Origin: Octopus bimaculoides
Lineage: Eukaryota
Direction of reading: 5' to 3'
Assembly (NCBI RefSeq): GCF_001194135.2
Contig: NC_068982.1
Location: 27,903,075 to 27,967,074 of the forward strand
DNA: 64,000 nucleotides
Shown piece by piece: positions 52,839 through 64,000 of this stretch. A program made the translations under genes and the position numbers. Each line of letters starts with the position of its first letter. Position 1 is the first letter of the stretch. The notes under the pieces are model-generated. The model was not told the origin of the DNA. It made no database searches and saw only the letters and a list, made by a program, of their open reading frames with translations.

Positions 52839-53284
52839 AGCAAACTGACTCCAATTTCCGACACAGAAAAGACTCAAGTTGTTTCCTCCACATTTTTCTT
52901 TAACTAATCAAACAACATCAACAACTTTTCTAAAATTACTTTTCTAACATCTATTATTTAAATATAAGCATTGCACTCTTCTGACATACTTCTAATCTTA
53001 ATACAGTTGAAAAATTCTTTATCTAAAATTTCAGAATCTGAAGACCTCCAAAATTCAGAAGTTTTTTGAAGCATTCGGGAGGCAATCATTACTTCTACAT
53101 TGCTCTAACAATAAAAATGCTGACTTTTTCTCAGTTTTCATTTTATTTTCCTATAATCATGCTCAATGCTTTGTTTTATGTTACTTGAAACTTAATACCA
53201 GTATACTAAAAAATAAAATCCATGCAAATTATGTGTACCTTTTAATCTTTTCTACTATCAGCACAAAACCAGAAATTTGTGGGG

Positions 53285-53470
53285 GAGGGGTTAGTTGATG
53301 TAATCAACACCAGTATTTAACTGGTACTTGTTTTATTAACTTCAAAAGGATGAAAAGCAGTTGTCCTTGGCAGAATTTGAACTCAAAATGCAAAGATGGA
53401 CAAAGCACCTCTAAGAATTTTGTCTGGCATGCCAACGATTCTGCCAACGATTCTGCCAGCTCACTGCCTT
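53285..53470 (-). mobile_element. tRNA-derived SINE (family B) with a small 12-bp internal duplication
   Basis: cagtatttaactggtacttg...ggcagaatttgaactc...gccaacgattctgccaacgattctgccagctcac. Confidence 0.82.
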
Positions 53471-53487
53471 CTGCAATCTTTTAATCA

Positions 53488-53538
53488 AAGCATGACATGG
53501 TAGGTGGAGAATCAGTCTCCACCTACCATGTCATGCTT
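53488..53538. repeat. Perfect 23-bp inverted repeat with 5-nt spacer
   Basis: aagcatgacatggtaggtggaga-atcag-tctccacctaccatgtcatgctt. Confidence 0.95.
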
Positions 53539-53986
53539 ATCTTTTTTTTATGGTATTATTTATAAATAAATTTATTAAATTATATAAAACTATATTCAGG
53601 GCTTATGTATAAACTATATTATGAAATATAAATGGGTATTGTGTTTAGACTTGGGTTCCATCCTGAAGCTGTCCCATTTTATAGATGCAAATATAAAAAT
53701 ACTTTGAAATCCAAAAACATCTGAAATCTGCAACATTTTCAGCCCCTGGAATGTCAGATAAAGTATTCTCAACTGTACTATCGCATAGTTATTGTGATTG
53801 TAAACAAGTATACCAGAAATGGTAACTAGAGAATTAGAAAAGTACATCTGTTATTACAATAAAAGAACAGTCAAGTTCATAGCAAGAAAACTAATTTTAT
53901 ATCTTGTTAGTTCTCCACAGTATGTGAATAGAAGTGTTGTTCATTGGTTGAACTGGTAGAGCACCAAACTAAACACCCTGCAGATC

Positions 53987-54920
53987 TTAGTTATGTTCCT
54001 TTAGGTTTTGAGTTCAAATCATCCTAAGGTCAGTTTTGTTATTCATCCCTCTGGGGATGATAACATAAAGAACAAGTCAAGTGCTGGAGTTGATGTGATC
54101 AACTATAGTCCTATCCTAAATTTGTAGTCTTGGACCTAAATAAGAAATCATGATTTGTTTCACATTCACCTTGTGCATGTGTGATTAATAACTATACTAT
54201 ACTACGGTTGAGAATATTTTGTCTGACATTCCTGGGACTGAAAGTGTTGCAGATTTAGATGTTTTTGGCTGTGTGATTAAGGAGCTTGCTTCCCAGCCAT
54301 CTGGTCTTGGGTTCAGTCCTTGCATGCAGTACCATGTGAAAATAACTTTTACTATACTCTTAGGCCAACCAAAACCTTTCGAGAGGAAATTGTAGATGGA
54401 AACAGGAAGAAGCCTATCACACACACACACACACACATGTATGTATGTATAAGTTGTGTGGTAAGAAGCTTGCTTCCCAACCACATGGTTTCAAGGCCAA
54501 AACTTTGACTTTCATCCCTTTGATGAAATAAAGTATCAGTCAAGTACTGGGGGTTGATGCAATTGACATGTGATATCTCCTCAAAATTGCTGGGCTTGGA
54601 CCCTGCAATGGACCAACATCCTGTTCAGGAAGAATGTTGTGATTTTGGTGTCTTATATGCCATGAAAATTGAGTAAGTGCCATATGAGTTGAAGGGCTTG
54701 TGAAAAAAAAATGTAATTTAATGCAGGGAAATAATTATGCAGTGAATAAAAAATAAACAAAACAATATCAGGCACAAGACTACAAATTTAGGGTAGGACT
54801 ATAGTTGATCACACCGACTCCAGCACTTGATTTGTTCTTTATACTATCATCCCCAGAAGAATGAATAGCAAAATTGACCTTAGGATGATTTGAACTCAAA
54901 ACCTAAAGGAACATAATTAA
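53987..54920. repeat. Inverted duplication: arms 53987-54132 and 54775-54920 (about 146 bp, about 90% identical)
   Basis: Manual alignment. Both arms are SINE-B derived and share private changes. Confidence 0.9.
54255..54420 (+). mobile_element. tRNA-derived SINE (family A)
   Basis: ggctgtgtgattaaggagcttgcttcccagcc...gggttcagtcc...gatggaaacaggaagaagcc. Confidence 0.75.
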
Positions 54921-55045
54921 AAATATTAGGTTTATAAGCCCTAACATTCATTCTATAATTGCTCACGAGCATATAGCGTAATGGTTAAAAGCACAGGCTA
55001 CTAACCCCAAGATTGCGAGCTCAATTCCAGGAAGTGCCTTGGATA

Positions 55046-55076
<31 letters not shown>

Positions 55077-55210
55077 TCAGCAAAACAATACCTTGGGTTG
55101 AAATTCTACCCGGACGCCTGATGAAGGCTGGAGAGTAAATCAGCCAAAACATTGTGGTAACAACAAACAAGATGAGGACACATATCTGTCCAATGTAAAT
55201 AATGAAAACA
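54921..55210 (+). mobile_element. Solo PLE pseudo-LTR (family 1), with tRNA head and mutated hammerhead
   Basis: Aligns to 2538-2825. A box 54974-54984, B box 55017-55028, CTGATGA 55118-55124, GGCTG/CAGCC helix, and G12 mutated (AAAA at 55146). Confidence 0.8.
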
Positions 55211-55859
55211 ATATTAGTCAATGACTAATATTGTAATTATTTTAACCAACATGGGAGACAACTCTGAACATATTTTGGTATTATTGTGATTTCATCAGCC
55301 AAGTGTAGACTTCATCCTACTTATTTTAACAAGCATGGGAGACAGCTCTTGTTACGTTTTGGTACTATTGTAATTTCATTTGCTAAGTATAGATTTCATT
55401 ATACTTGCCAAAGTAGTGATGAGCAAATAATGAAATAAGTTTACAAGATCGACTGTGTGTAAATTGACATCTCCTTCAGGAGACAGCAAAGAGATTAACA
55501 AAGTGGAATTGTATTTGTTGCTACATTGAAGGTTGAGCAACTAAACAGAAGTAGTATAAATGTATTAGATGAAGCAGTTTAAATTAATGACGCAGGATCT
55601 TTTTAGCAAGTGTATTCTTCATAAATAATGTTTGAACCAACAGGGAACTGAAACCAGGTCATTGTTAGAGTGCTTGAAGATATTCTTCATAGTCTTAAGC
55701 CTTTAAGGTCAATATAAATAGTTGATACTTTGAGTGTGTGTGTGTGTGTGTGTGTGTAAAAGTTATAAGAAAGAAAGAGGAGAAATTAGGCATGTGTAAT
55801 TGTTTCCATAACACCAATAAATTACAACCTCAAATATTTAACACATGTTCTGATTAGTT

Positions 55860-56410
55860 ATATGAAACAAATACAAAAAAATATGTATGCATACACACAC
55901 ACACATATTGTATCTGTATCTATCTGTCTATCTTTATATATATATGTGTTTATGTACATATATGTTTGTGTATGTATATATATATACATACGAACATATA
56001 TATATATATATATAAACAATATATGAGTATATGCATATATATGTACATGTATGTATATACCTTCATCCACATGTACATATAGATACATAACTGGGTACAT
56101 GACGTGGCAAAAGAACATGGACAAAATGGTAAACAAGGTGCAACAAACAAGCAGGCCATATAGAAACATCCCCTTCATCAGCTGCCACCATTAAAACCCC
56201 GGCATTTCGAAGAATTAAGGCAGTATGAATCGTTAAAATGGTTCTTCCCATGAACACAAATTAAATTGTTTTCGTGGAGGGTAGTGGTGGACGGAAAACA
56301 AGACAGGAAAACGAAACGGTGAAATAAACAAACAAAAGGCTGTACAGCCGGACGTGAAGTGTGTATGTATTGAATTGTTAAATAATCTGAATGGAAGCAA
56401 TGCAAGGGGA
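55860..56410 (-). mobile_element. Unclassified repeat, possibly a PLE terminus, next to a TA-rich tract
   Basis: CpG-retaining block amid CpG-poor intron, with CTGATGAAGGGG on the minus strand but no completable hammerhead. Family not established. Confidence 0.3.
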
Positions 56411-56562
56411 AACTAGAGGAACATAATTAATAACCACACACAAAATCCAATATATATGTATATTTTCCTACATTAATAAAATTGATATAAATGTTCCAAA
56501 TATATAAATATATAAATTTATATATATATATATGAATTATACAATTACATACCAGCCACTCC

Positions 56563-56806
56563 AGTGGCTGGTATGTAATTGTATAATTTGTATTTCTGGA
56601 TTGGATTTTTTTTGCATTATGTGTAAGCATCCTGATGAGGGAAGTGTCAGTTTTTAAAAATATGAAATATATCTTATTACTTGGCACGTCTCTGAAACGG
56701 TCCGTAGGTGGAACTTTTAAATCTTTGTAGTATTTTTGTGGTATTTTAGTATATAAAATTGAATTTAATTGAGTTTTTACCTGTAAATTTGGATTTTTAT
56801 CCCTAA

Positions 56807-56812
<6 letters not shown>
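56563..56812 (+). mobile_element. PLE-type pseudo-LTR (family 3) with hammerhead, followed by (TAT)n
   Basis: Contains hammerhead 56628-56710. The tail ends ...ggatttttatccctaatatt and is repeated at 57165-57216. The 5' end folds back on a 26-bp inverted copy. Confidence 0.65.
56628..56710 (+). ncRNA. Type I hammerhead ribozyme with intact catalytic core
   Basis: Helix I CATC/GGTG, CTGATGA 56632-38, about 11-bp imperfect helix II (GGGAAGTGTCAG/TTGGCAC-G-TCTCT), GAAA 56694-97, palindromic helix III ACGG-T-CCGT, and a GUA cleavage triplet ending at 56706. Confidence 0.78.
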
Positions 56813-56850
<38 letters not shown>

Positions 56851-56858
<8 letters not shown>

Positions 56859-57115
56859 TATAGTTTTAGGGAAAAGAACCAAGTTTCATGAACTCATCGA
56901 TGAAAATCTACTATCACATATAGAAAAATTAACAATTAAAAGCATAATAAATTAGTATAATATAATACAAAGTAAATATCATATGATATCATAAGATATT
57001 TACTTTGTATTATATTATACTAATTTATTGTGCTTTTAATTATTAATTTTTCTATATGTGATAGTGGATTTTCATCGATGAAACTTGGTTCTTTTCCCTA
57101 AAACTATATATTTAT
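56851..57115. repeat. About 265-bp spacerless near-perfect palindrome, axis 56987/56988
   Basis: Arms match apart from an 8-nt insertion (gaactcat) in the left arm and a few substitutions. Centre TATGAT|ATCATA. Confidence 0.93.
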
Positions 57116-57235
57116 ATATATTTTAATCTGTAAAGCTCAATTTAATTTTAATTTTTTATAAATTGATTTTAATTGAGTTTTTACCTGTAATTTTGGATTT
57201 TGTCCCTAATATTATTATATATATATATATATATA

Positions 57236-58110
57236 TGAGGGGCTACCCAAAAGAAACCAGAAATTTGCAATATTATTTTATTCACTTAGCTTTACATGTT
57301 TACACTTTTATTGCCTTCAAAGTATTCTCTATTTGAAGCAATGCATCAGTCCAAACACATTTTCCATTGTTTGAAGCAGTGCTGGAACTCTTGCAAAGTG
57401 ATGCTTTTAACACCTCCGTCATTTTTTCTTCACCACTTTTACATCTGCAAATTCCGTAGCACCATCTTTCGTCACCAGTGATGACCTTCGAAAAAAGGTC
57501 TGGATCAAATTCCAACCGTTCTTTCAGTTCGTGACATGGATTCAGTTGTGACTGCTTTTGATCTTCCATGAGCAAACGAAGCACAAATTTTGCTGCAACT
57601 CTTTTCATTCACAATACCTTACTCAAAGTTCATTGGCAGGAGCTCCAGAATACACCAATCATATCAACAAGTTCATTGATTGTTTGGTGATGGTCCTCCA
57701 AGATCAGTTCCTGAATTTTCCTTATGTTTACATGTGTTTGGGAGGTCGACAGATACTCTGAATAACATGGGGTCTTCAAGCAACAAAAGTCCATTCCTAA
57801 AGCGTGTAAACTTGTGTTTTGCCCATAGCAGTGTCCTTGTAAGCTGTTAGAAGCATGACAACTGTTTCAACCACCGTTTTCCCCAGCAGTGAACAGAATT
57901 TCAAAGAAGTATGCTGTTCCTTTGTTTTAGCCATCGCAAAAATCGACAAACAGGGGAGAAGCACTGCAAAACAAAGATGCACCACATGGCAGTAGGGTCA
58001 GCATACTAATGTTTTTAGGTCATATAAAGTGGCTTCTAGCGGTGGAGGCCTGAACAACAACAGGCTTGTCCCACAGAGAACGTTTCCAGTTACTTTTGGG
58101 TACCCCTTGT
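57236..58110 (-). mobile_element. Internally deleted mariner transposon
   Basis: TIRs gagggggctacccaaaagaaaccagaaa / tttccagttacttttgggtaccccttg in a TA context. Transposase pieces EQHTSLKFCSLLGKT..ETVVML..AYKD and RVAAKFVLRLL..DPDLFSKVITGDERWCYG, then a jump to the C-terminus (second and third catalytic Asp regions deleted). Confidence 0.92.
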
Positions 58111-58903
58111 ATATAAATAAAGAGTGAGAGACAAAGAGAATATAAGGTAATATAATTATATATTTGTATGTGTTTGTATGTATGTATGTGTCTGTGTATG
58201 TCTATATTCATGCCTTACTTTACATTTACCAGTGTAAAGTGGTGTATTGCACTGTGTCCCTTTATGTTAATATATATAACATACTCAGTGTATAGGGCTG
58301 TTTCAAATAAGTACTGGATTCTATATGATTGGCTAAAAACTCTCTTCAAGAGATTTTAGTCAATCATATAGATTTTGGCTGCAGTCTAGTAACTGAAACT
58401 AGTAAAAGAATCAAAGAATTTATCTGAAACTCTGGTATCTTTAATATCTATGTTTTGAATCATGTTAAAGAGTGTAGTGAAATCGTTTTATGTTTAGCAA
58501 TCTATATAGCTTTTTGTTTTAACATTCTGCATAGTCTTATTTATTTTACCATGAAAATTTTGCTACTTGGTCCTTTGGGGTTAAAGTGTTTCTCAGACAT
58601 TTAGTATTACTTGTTTTTTTTTTTTTGTTTTTCTTTCATTTATTTAAGATACTTACAATGATAGATAAAATCTGAACGCTTTCATTAAGATTTGCTTGGT
58701 TAAAAAAATATAAAAAGAACTCTAGAAACACTACAGCTGTTCAAACAGTGTTGACTGTAACAGAAACAAGAAAATTCCTTTAAACAGCAACAGAAAAGAT
58801 GTGACGGAAACAAAGATCACAAATATTATGGCATGATAGTTAAATTTCCTTTCAGCACACCTGATGTAATTCATCATCAAAATCAGATAAATTTTGTTTG
58901 CGT

Positions 58904-58956
<53 letters not shown>

Positions 58957-59559
58957 TGTGTGTCTGTGTGAATATATTTGTACATCTATCTATGTAATAT
59001 ATGTGTGTGTTGGTACATATATGTGTGCATGTTTTGTCGTCATTTTTCTAATGCTTTTTCTTTTTGTACTGGCATGGGTTGGACAAGTTTTCCTAAAGTA
59101 ATGAATAAAATACAACTAGAAGCCCTTCCTGTGACTAGCACTTATGTTGTTTGTCGCTACACATAATGACATGGTGCAACTATTCTATTAGGAACACACA
59201 CACACAAACACACGTACACACATTCATATTTATAATATGGCAGTTTAAAAATAAACTGGCACATCATCGAAATCTGAAAGCTCTGAGATAAACCATGATT
59301 GAACAATGTGAAGGAATTTCACAGTAATCTGAATGTTAAAAAGTTGAGTGAAATGGTGATACTATAGACATCCTTTAATGACATTACAACCACTTGCTCT
59401 ACACTTTCAAAGACCTCTAGAATGAATAAAACTCTTACTTGGTAAACAAGTAAGGGTTGGCTATGGGAAAAGCATCCAGCCATGAAAATCCTGCCTTAAA
59501 TAACTCTTTATCACACCTATACATGCATGAAGGAAACAATTGGTCATATGAACAAAAGG

Positions 59560-59759
59560 GATTGTGTGGTAAGAAGCTTGCTTCCCAACCCCATGGTTCT
59601 GGGTTCAGTCCCACTACATGGCGCCTTGGGCAAGTGTCTTCTACTATAGTCTTGGGTTGACCAAGGCCTTGTGAGTGGATTTGGTAGCGGGAAATTGAAA
59701 GAAGCCTGTCGCATATATATGTATGTATGTATGTATGTATGAGTGTGTGTGTGTATGTG

Positions 59760-59790
<31 letters not shown>

Positions 59791-59990
59791 CCCACCACCA
59801 CTTGGCAACTGGTGTTGGAGTGTTTACATCCCTGTAACTTAGCAGTTCAGCAAAAGTGATCAATAGAATAAATACCAGGCTTTAAAGGAAAAACACACTG
59901 GGCTCAATTCATTGAACTAAAATTCTTCAAGGCAATGCTTCAGCATGGCTGCAGTCTAATGACTGAAATAAGTAAAAGAATAAAATAAAA
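59560..59990 (+). mobile_element. tRNA-derived SINE (family A) with internal microsatellite
   Basis: tgtgtggtaagaagcttgcttcccaacc...gggttcagtccc...ggcaagtgtcttctactatag, ending in ...aagtaaaagaataaaataaaagaata. Confidence 0.9.
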
Positions 59991-60000
59991 GAATATACAC

Positions 60001-60180
60001 TGTAAAGTGGTTGGCATTAGGAAGGGCATCCAGCTGTAGAAACCATGCCAAAGCAGACACTAGAGTATGATACAGTCTTTGACTCACTGGATCCTTGCCA
60101 AACTGTCAAACCCATATGAAATAAAAATTAAATGACAACAACAATGACGATGATGATGATGATGATGGTGATGGTGATGG

Positions 60181-60212
<32 letters not shown>
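60001..60212 (+). mobile_element. RTE-tailed SINE 3' end plus long (GAT/GGT)n
   Basis: gtggttggcattaggaagggcatccagctgtagaaaccatgccaaagcagacac followed by (GAT)n. Confidence 0.85.
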
Positions 60213-60345
60213 TGTATGTGTGTGTATGTATAGATATTTGGTTGACTCTCCAATTGATTTGGATGTATGTGCATTCATTTGTCAATCAACTGGAAAACCT
60301 TCTCATTGAATTAGCATGCAAAGTAGCTCATATCCTATAGATATA

Positions 60346-60574
60346 CTCCTTACTCTTTACTCTTTTACTCTTTTACTTGTCTCAGTCATTTGACTGTTGC
60401 CATGCTGGAGCACCACCTTTAGTTGAGCAAATCGACCCCAGAACTTATTCTTTGTAAGCTTAGTACTTATTCTATCGGTCTCTTTTGCTGAACTGCTAAG
60501 TTATGGGGACGTAAACACACCAGCATCGGTTGTCAAGCGATGTTGGGGGGACAAACACAGATACACAAACACAC

Positions 60575-60632
<58 letters not shown>

Positions 60633-60775
60633 CAGGCTTCTTTCAGTTTCCGTCTACCAAATCCACTCACAAGGCTTCAGTCTTCGGAAGACACTTGCCC
60701 AAGGTGCCACGCAGTGGGACTGAAACCGGAACCATGTGGTTGGTAAGCAAGCTACTTACCACACAGCCACTCTTG
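60346..60775 (-). mobile_element. Near full-length, relatively young tRNA-derived SINE (family A)
   Basis: CpGs are retained. Reverse-complement head gagtggctgtgtggtaagtagcttgcttaccaaccacatggttccgg, internal (TA)n and (AAAAGAGT)n tail. Confidence 0.92.
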
Positions 60776-61150
60776 TATACATAACATGATTTTTAGGTAG
60801 AATCAATGTGACTAAGTTGGGCTTTTGAATTACCAATACAATTCATTGATGTACTTCAACACAGCTTCCATCAACTAAGTGCTATGACAAAGGCATTTGT
60901 CTATGAATGCCATACAATAGGATTGAACCTGGGCACTTCATTGTTACAAAGAAAATTAATTACTGTATTTTAATGTGTATAAGGAACTCCCTAATTTGGA
61001 GATTTGAGGTTCGAGGAATTAAGTAATTTATTAAGTAATTTATTAATACTATAATACTGTCCATGTATAAGAAACTCCCATATTTTTAAAACTAATTTTT
61101 GACAAAAAAGGGTCCCTTATACATGTTAAAATAGGTAATCCCTCAGCCTG

Positions 61151-61186
<36 letters not shown>

Positions 61187-61501
61187 TGGAACAGTGGATC
61201 TCGAAGCACATGAAGCTATAAATTGCAGCATGTAAATAATAGGTTTAGAAAACCCTTTTGAATAGTAAAAGTAGAAAGCCTGCTATGTTTACAGGAGATA
61301 TGAGTTTGTGGCTCATGAGCAGCCTTCAACTTTTTCTAACCAAAAGCATTTTTCACTTCTTCAATTCAACATTTATATGCTATTATTTATAACTTTGTGA
61401 GCTTCAAGATCCAATGTTCAGAAGAAGAAGAAGAAGAAAAAAAAAAGAATCATTTCATATTCTCTGGTAAGTTTAAAAGTTCTTTTGACAAAAATACAAT
61501 A

Positions 61502-61699
61502 CAAGGTGGGCCAAAATCATGCACAAAACAAATTCAGTACATTCTGGAATTGTCAAAATCATGCTTCAGTTTTTCTAAAATAACTAAAGTAATGATGAAT
61601 ACACATGTACTTGTACATGATAAACAAACTGAATAATGATAATAATGTAATATAAATAGAATGTCAACTGTTTTGGTGCATGACTTTTGGCTCACCCTG
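61502..61699. mobile_element. Tc1/mariner-type MITE
   Basis: TIRs caaggtgggccaaaatcatgcacaaaaca / tgttttggtgcatgacttttggctcaccctg. TA on both sides (61500-01, 61700-01). Confidence 0.9.
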
Positions 61700-63205
61700 T
61701 ATGTGTGCGTGTGTGTGTGTGTGTGTGTGTGCATGTTTGAAAATATACACACACAGATATATATTGTTGTAACCATATTTAGAAAACAAAGTAAAAATAG
61801 TCAAGAAAATGCTCTGCATGATAACCGAGATATACAACAATGTCATTTCTTTATGGTATTCAATTTATAGAGTGTCACTTATAATCACTTGGCTAGAAAC
61901 AATCAGATACATTCAGACTATATCCACCAACAATAGCTATTACAGGCTAATGTGGGTGGGTAGGTGTGTCAACATGGTCACATGACTTGCTAGAACTAGC
62001 AACCAAATTTCCTTAAAAGTCGTAATGAAAAAAAGGAGGATACATTTGGATAATGTAGTCTCAGATATACTATACTTTTGGTCGCGAACTATCTTATGTT
62101 CGCGAACTATCTTCTGTTCGCACCATCAGAACTGATCTGGGGTTAAACCACAACATTAGCAATTATGACAAAAGCCAACAGTAATAATATACCCTTTCTT
62201 TAATTCATATAATTCTTCCTCACCATCTCTCCACTGTGATAAATATTTATATCAGCATAATGCTTTCATGCTATTTATATTTCAGTTAGCTTCCTGTTGG
62301 CAGTCATCCCACACAACCTTCAGTGACATTCAAATTTTGATAATTTTTTTCCTGTTTTTACGACTTACTGGTCTAGTTAAGTTATTTTGTACTTCAGTAC
62401 TCATTGTGACAGCTTTTGGCAGCTTGCTTGTTGACACTGTATTGGAACCACTTGAATCGTGATTAAACAGATAATTTATAATGAGCTATTTCAGCTAGAG
62501 GAAACCTGGTGCAAATTCTGTCATATGGATTAAGTTTTATCTCATTCATTGACTCATTTGTATCAAGCCAGTCTCTCTGCCCAACCCTTACATTCCATAC
62601 ATCTTTCTGAAGAAACTTTCCTATACTGCCTTCAGCCCACATCCCACAGTTGCATTGAAATATTGTCTGTCTCAGATTTTAAATGTGTCCCCAGCTTTTA
62701 AAAAGTGTGTCTTTAATAAACTGCTTAGCAACTTGTCTAAACATTTGCTGTAAATATTTAGAGAAAAAAAGAAAAAACTAAAATTTTAAAAAAGTTATAA
62801 ATTTTTTTCTCACAATACTAAAGTCTAAACCAGGTTATTTTTTCAAACTAGTTTTGTTTTGTTATGCTATATTATATCATATTTGTTTCTTTGTTTTGGT
62901 CATTCATACAGTTCAAAGAACATTAAAGAATTTGTGTGGGAGTTCAGCTGGTTTAGCTGTTTTCGTATTTTATTACAAAACTTTGTTTTAGTAATGAAGC
63001 AATATTCCATATAACTGCCAATTACAGATAAAATTGTTCTTTTATTCTGTTTGTGTGCAATAAATAGGGTATATGTATATCACTTAATCTAGAGACTTTT
63101 CTTTTGATAATTATTCAATATTAATAACTTTTTATCAAATGAGGTTTTTTCTTCATTAGAATTGGATAATATATAATGAAAATGAAAGTTCTAGAAGGAT
63201 TTTAT

Positions 63206-63591
63206 GGTGCTACTATAGTATGATATCTACCTTGTTATTTGTGATCTACTGCAAACGACAATACTACACTCTGCCCAACAACCCACTTACAGCCTTCAGC
63301 AATTAATTCTAGCCCATTTAGTTGTTCACACAAACACCACGCTGGCCAGAGACTTTTACAAAAAGTGACGATGAAGTAGTGTCCTTTTTGAGAGAGCACA
63401 ATCTTATTGACCAGGTAGGAAATGTACCTCCTCGTTATAAATGCAGAACACAAATGCAAGAAAAAAGAAAGAGGAATAGAGCAGTTGATAGATATCAACA
63501 GTTGGTAGATATCATACTATAGTAGAAAATTAATAGTAGATATCATACTATAGTAGAAAATGGATGGTAGAGGTCGTACTATAGTAGCACT
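63206..63591 (+). mobile_element. Internally deleted Merlin (IS1016/ISXO2-like) DNA transposon
   Basis: TIRs ggtgctactatagtatgatatctacc / ggtagaggtcgtactatagtagcact. Perfect 8-bp TSD GATTTTAT (63198-63205, 63592-63599) and a 5'-GG terminus. Interior peptide DEVVSFLREHNLI..PPRYKCRTQMQE resembles the Merlin N-terminal Zn-ribbon lead-in. Confidence 0.7.
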
Positions 63592-64000
63592 GATTTTATT
63601 CTGAGAAAGATTGGAAAAATTACCTTTCTTGCACTGATCTGGACAACGAGGCCCAATGAATTGATAAGGGAAATGGAGACAAGTTTTACCCAGCAGATTT
63701 AGACGATGTATTGTATAGTTAGGGAAATGCAGAGAGCAAAATGCTGTATAACAGAAGAGACAAATGAAACATGTATTGTGGGTGGGTCAGTGATAAAAGA
63801 GTTTTACAAAAATATTTTTTCTTATCTCAGTTCAACAGCATTTTTCCTTGAGTTGTTCTATCGTTAAGAAATCTCATAACCCACCACCACTACAGTTAAT
63901 CTCAAGAAAGATTGGTAAAGATAAATTGGTAAACTACCATAATTTCTAAAACTAGAGGAAAATAATTCATCAAAAGTAAGATGAGGTTGCAAGTGTCTAT

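Noticed and set aside
56165-56215. Minus-strand CTGATGA with an upstream GAAA, a possible type II hammerhead
   Set aside because: No UH cleavage site or helix I can be built, and helix II is weak.
62072-62121. 18-bp tandem duplication with small hairpins (gcgaactatcttNtgttc x2)
   Set aside because: A local slippage event inside a dispersed repeat (related sequence near 35315); no further structure.

Overview
AT-rich, repeat-dense animal genomic DNA with nine N gaps. The SINE, RTE and PLE complement suggests an octopod cephalopod, probably Octopus (inference). A CpG-retaining zone at about 27.3-33.2 kb appears to hold a head-to-head promoter. Leftward runs an unidentified minus-strand gene (candidate first coding exon 31140-31074). 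Rightward runs a FAM81A/B-like gene (candidate 5' exon ending 31770, clear coding exon 50039-50306). The rest is long intron filled with tRNA-derived and RTE-tailed SINEs, mariner remnants, hAT-, piggyBac- and Tc1-type MITEs, a Merlin-like element, RTE and R4/Dong-like LINE fragments, microsatellites and Penelope-like element (PLE) remnants. The most notable signal is in the PLE termini, which carry four hammerhead-ribozyme-type motifs from three families. One family places a tRNA-derived Pol III A/B-box head just upstream of the ribozyme. PLE ends are also physically joined to long palindromes and to an inverted duplication of host DNA.
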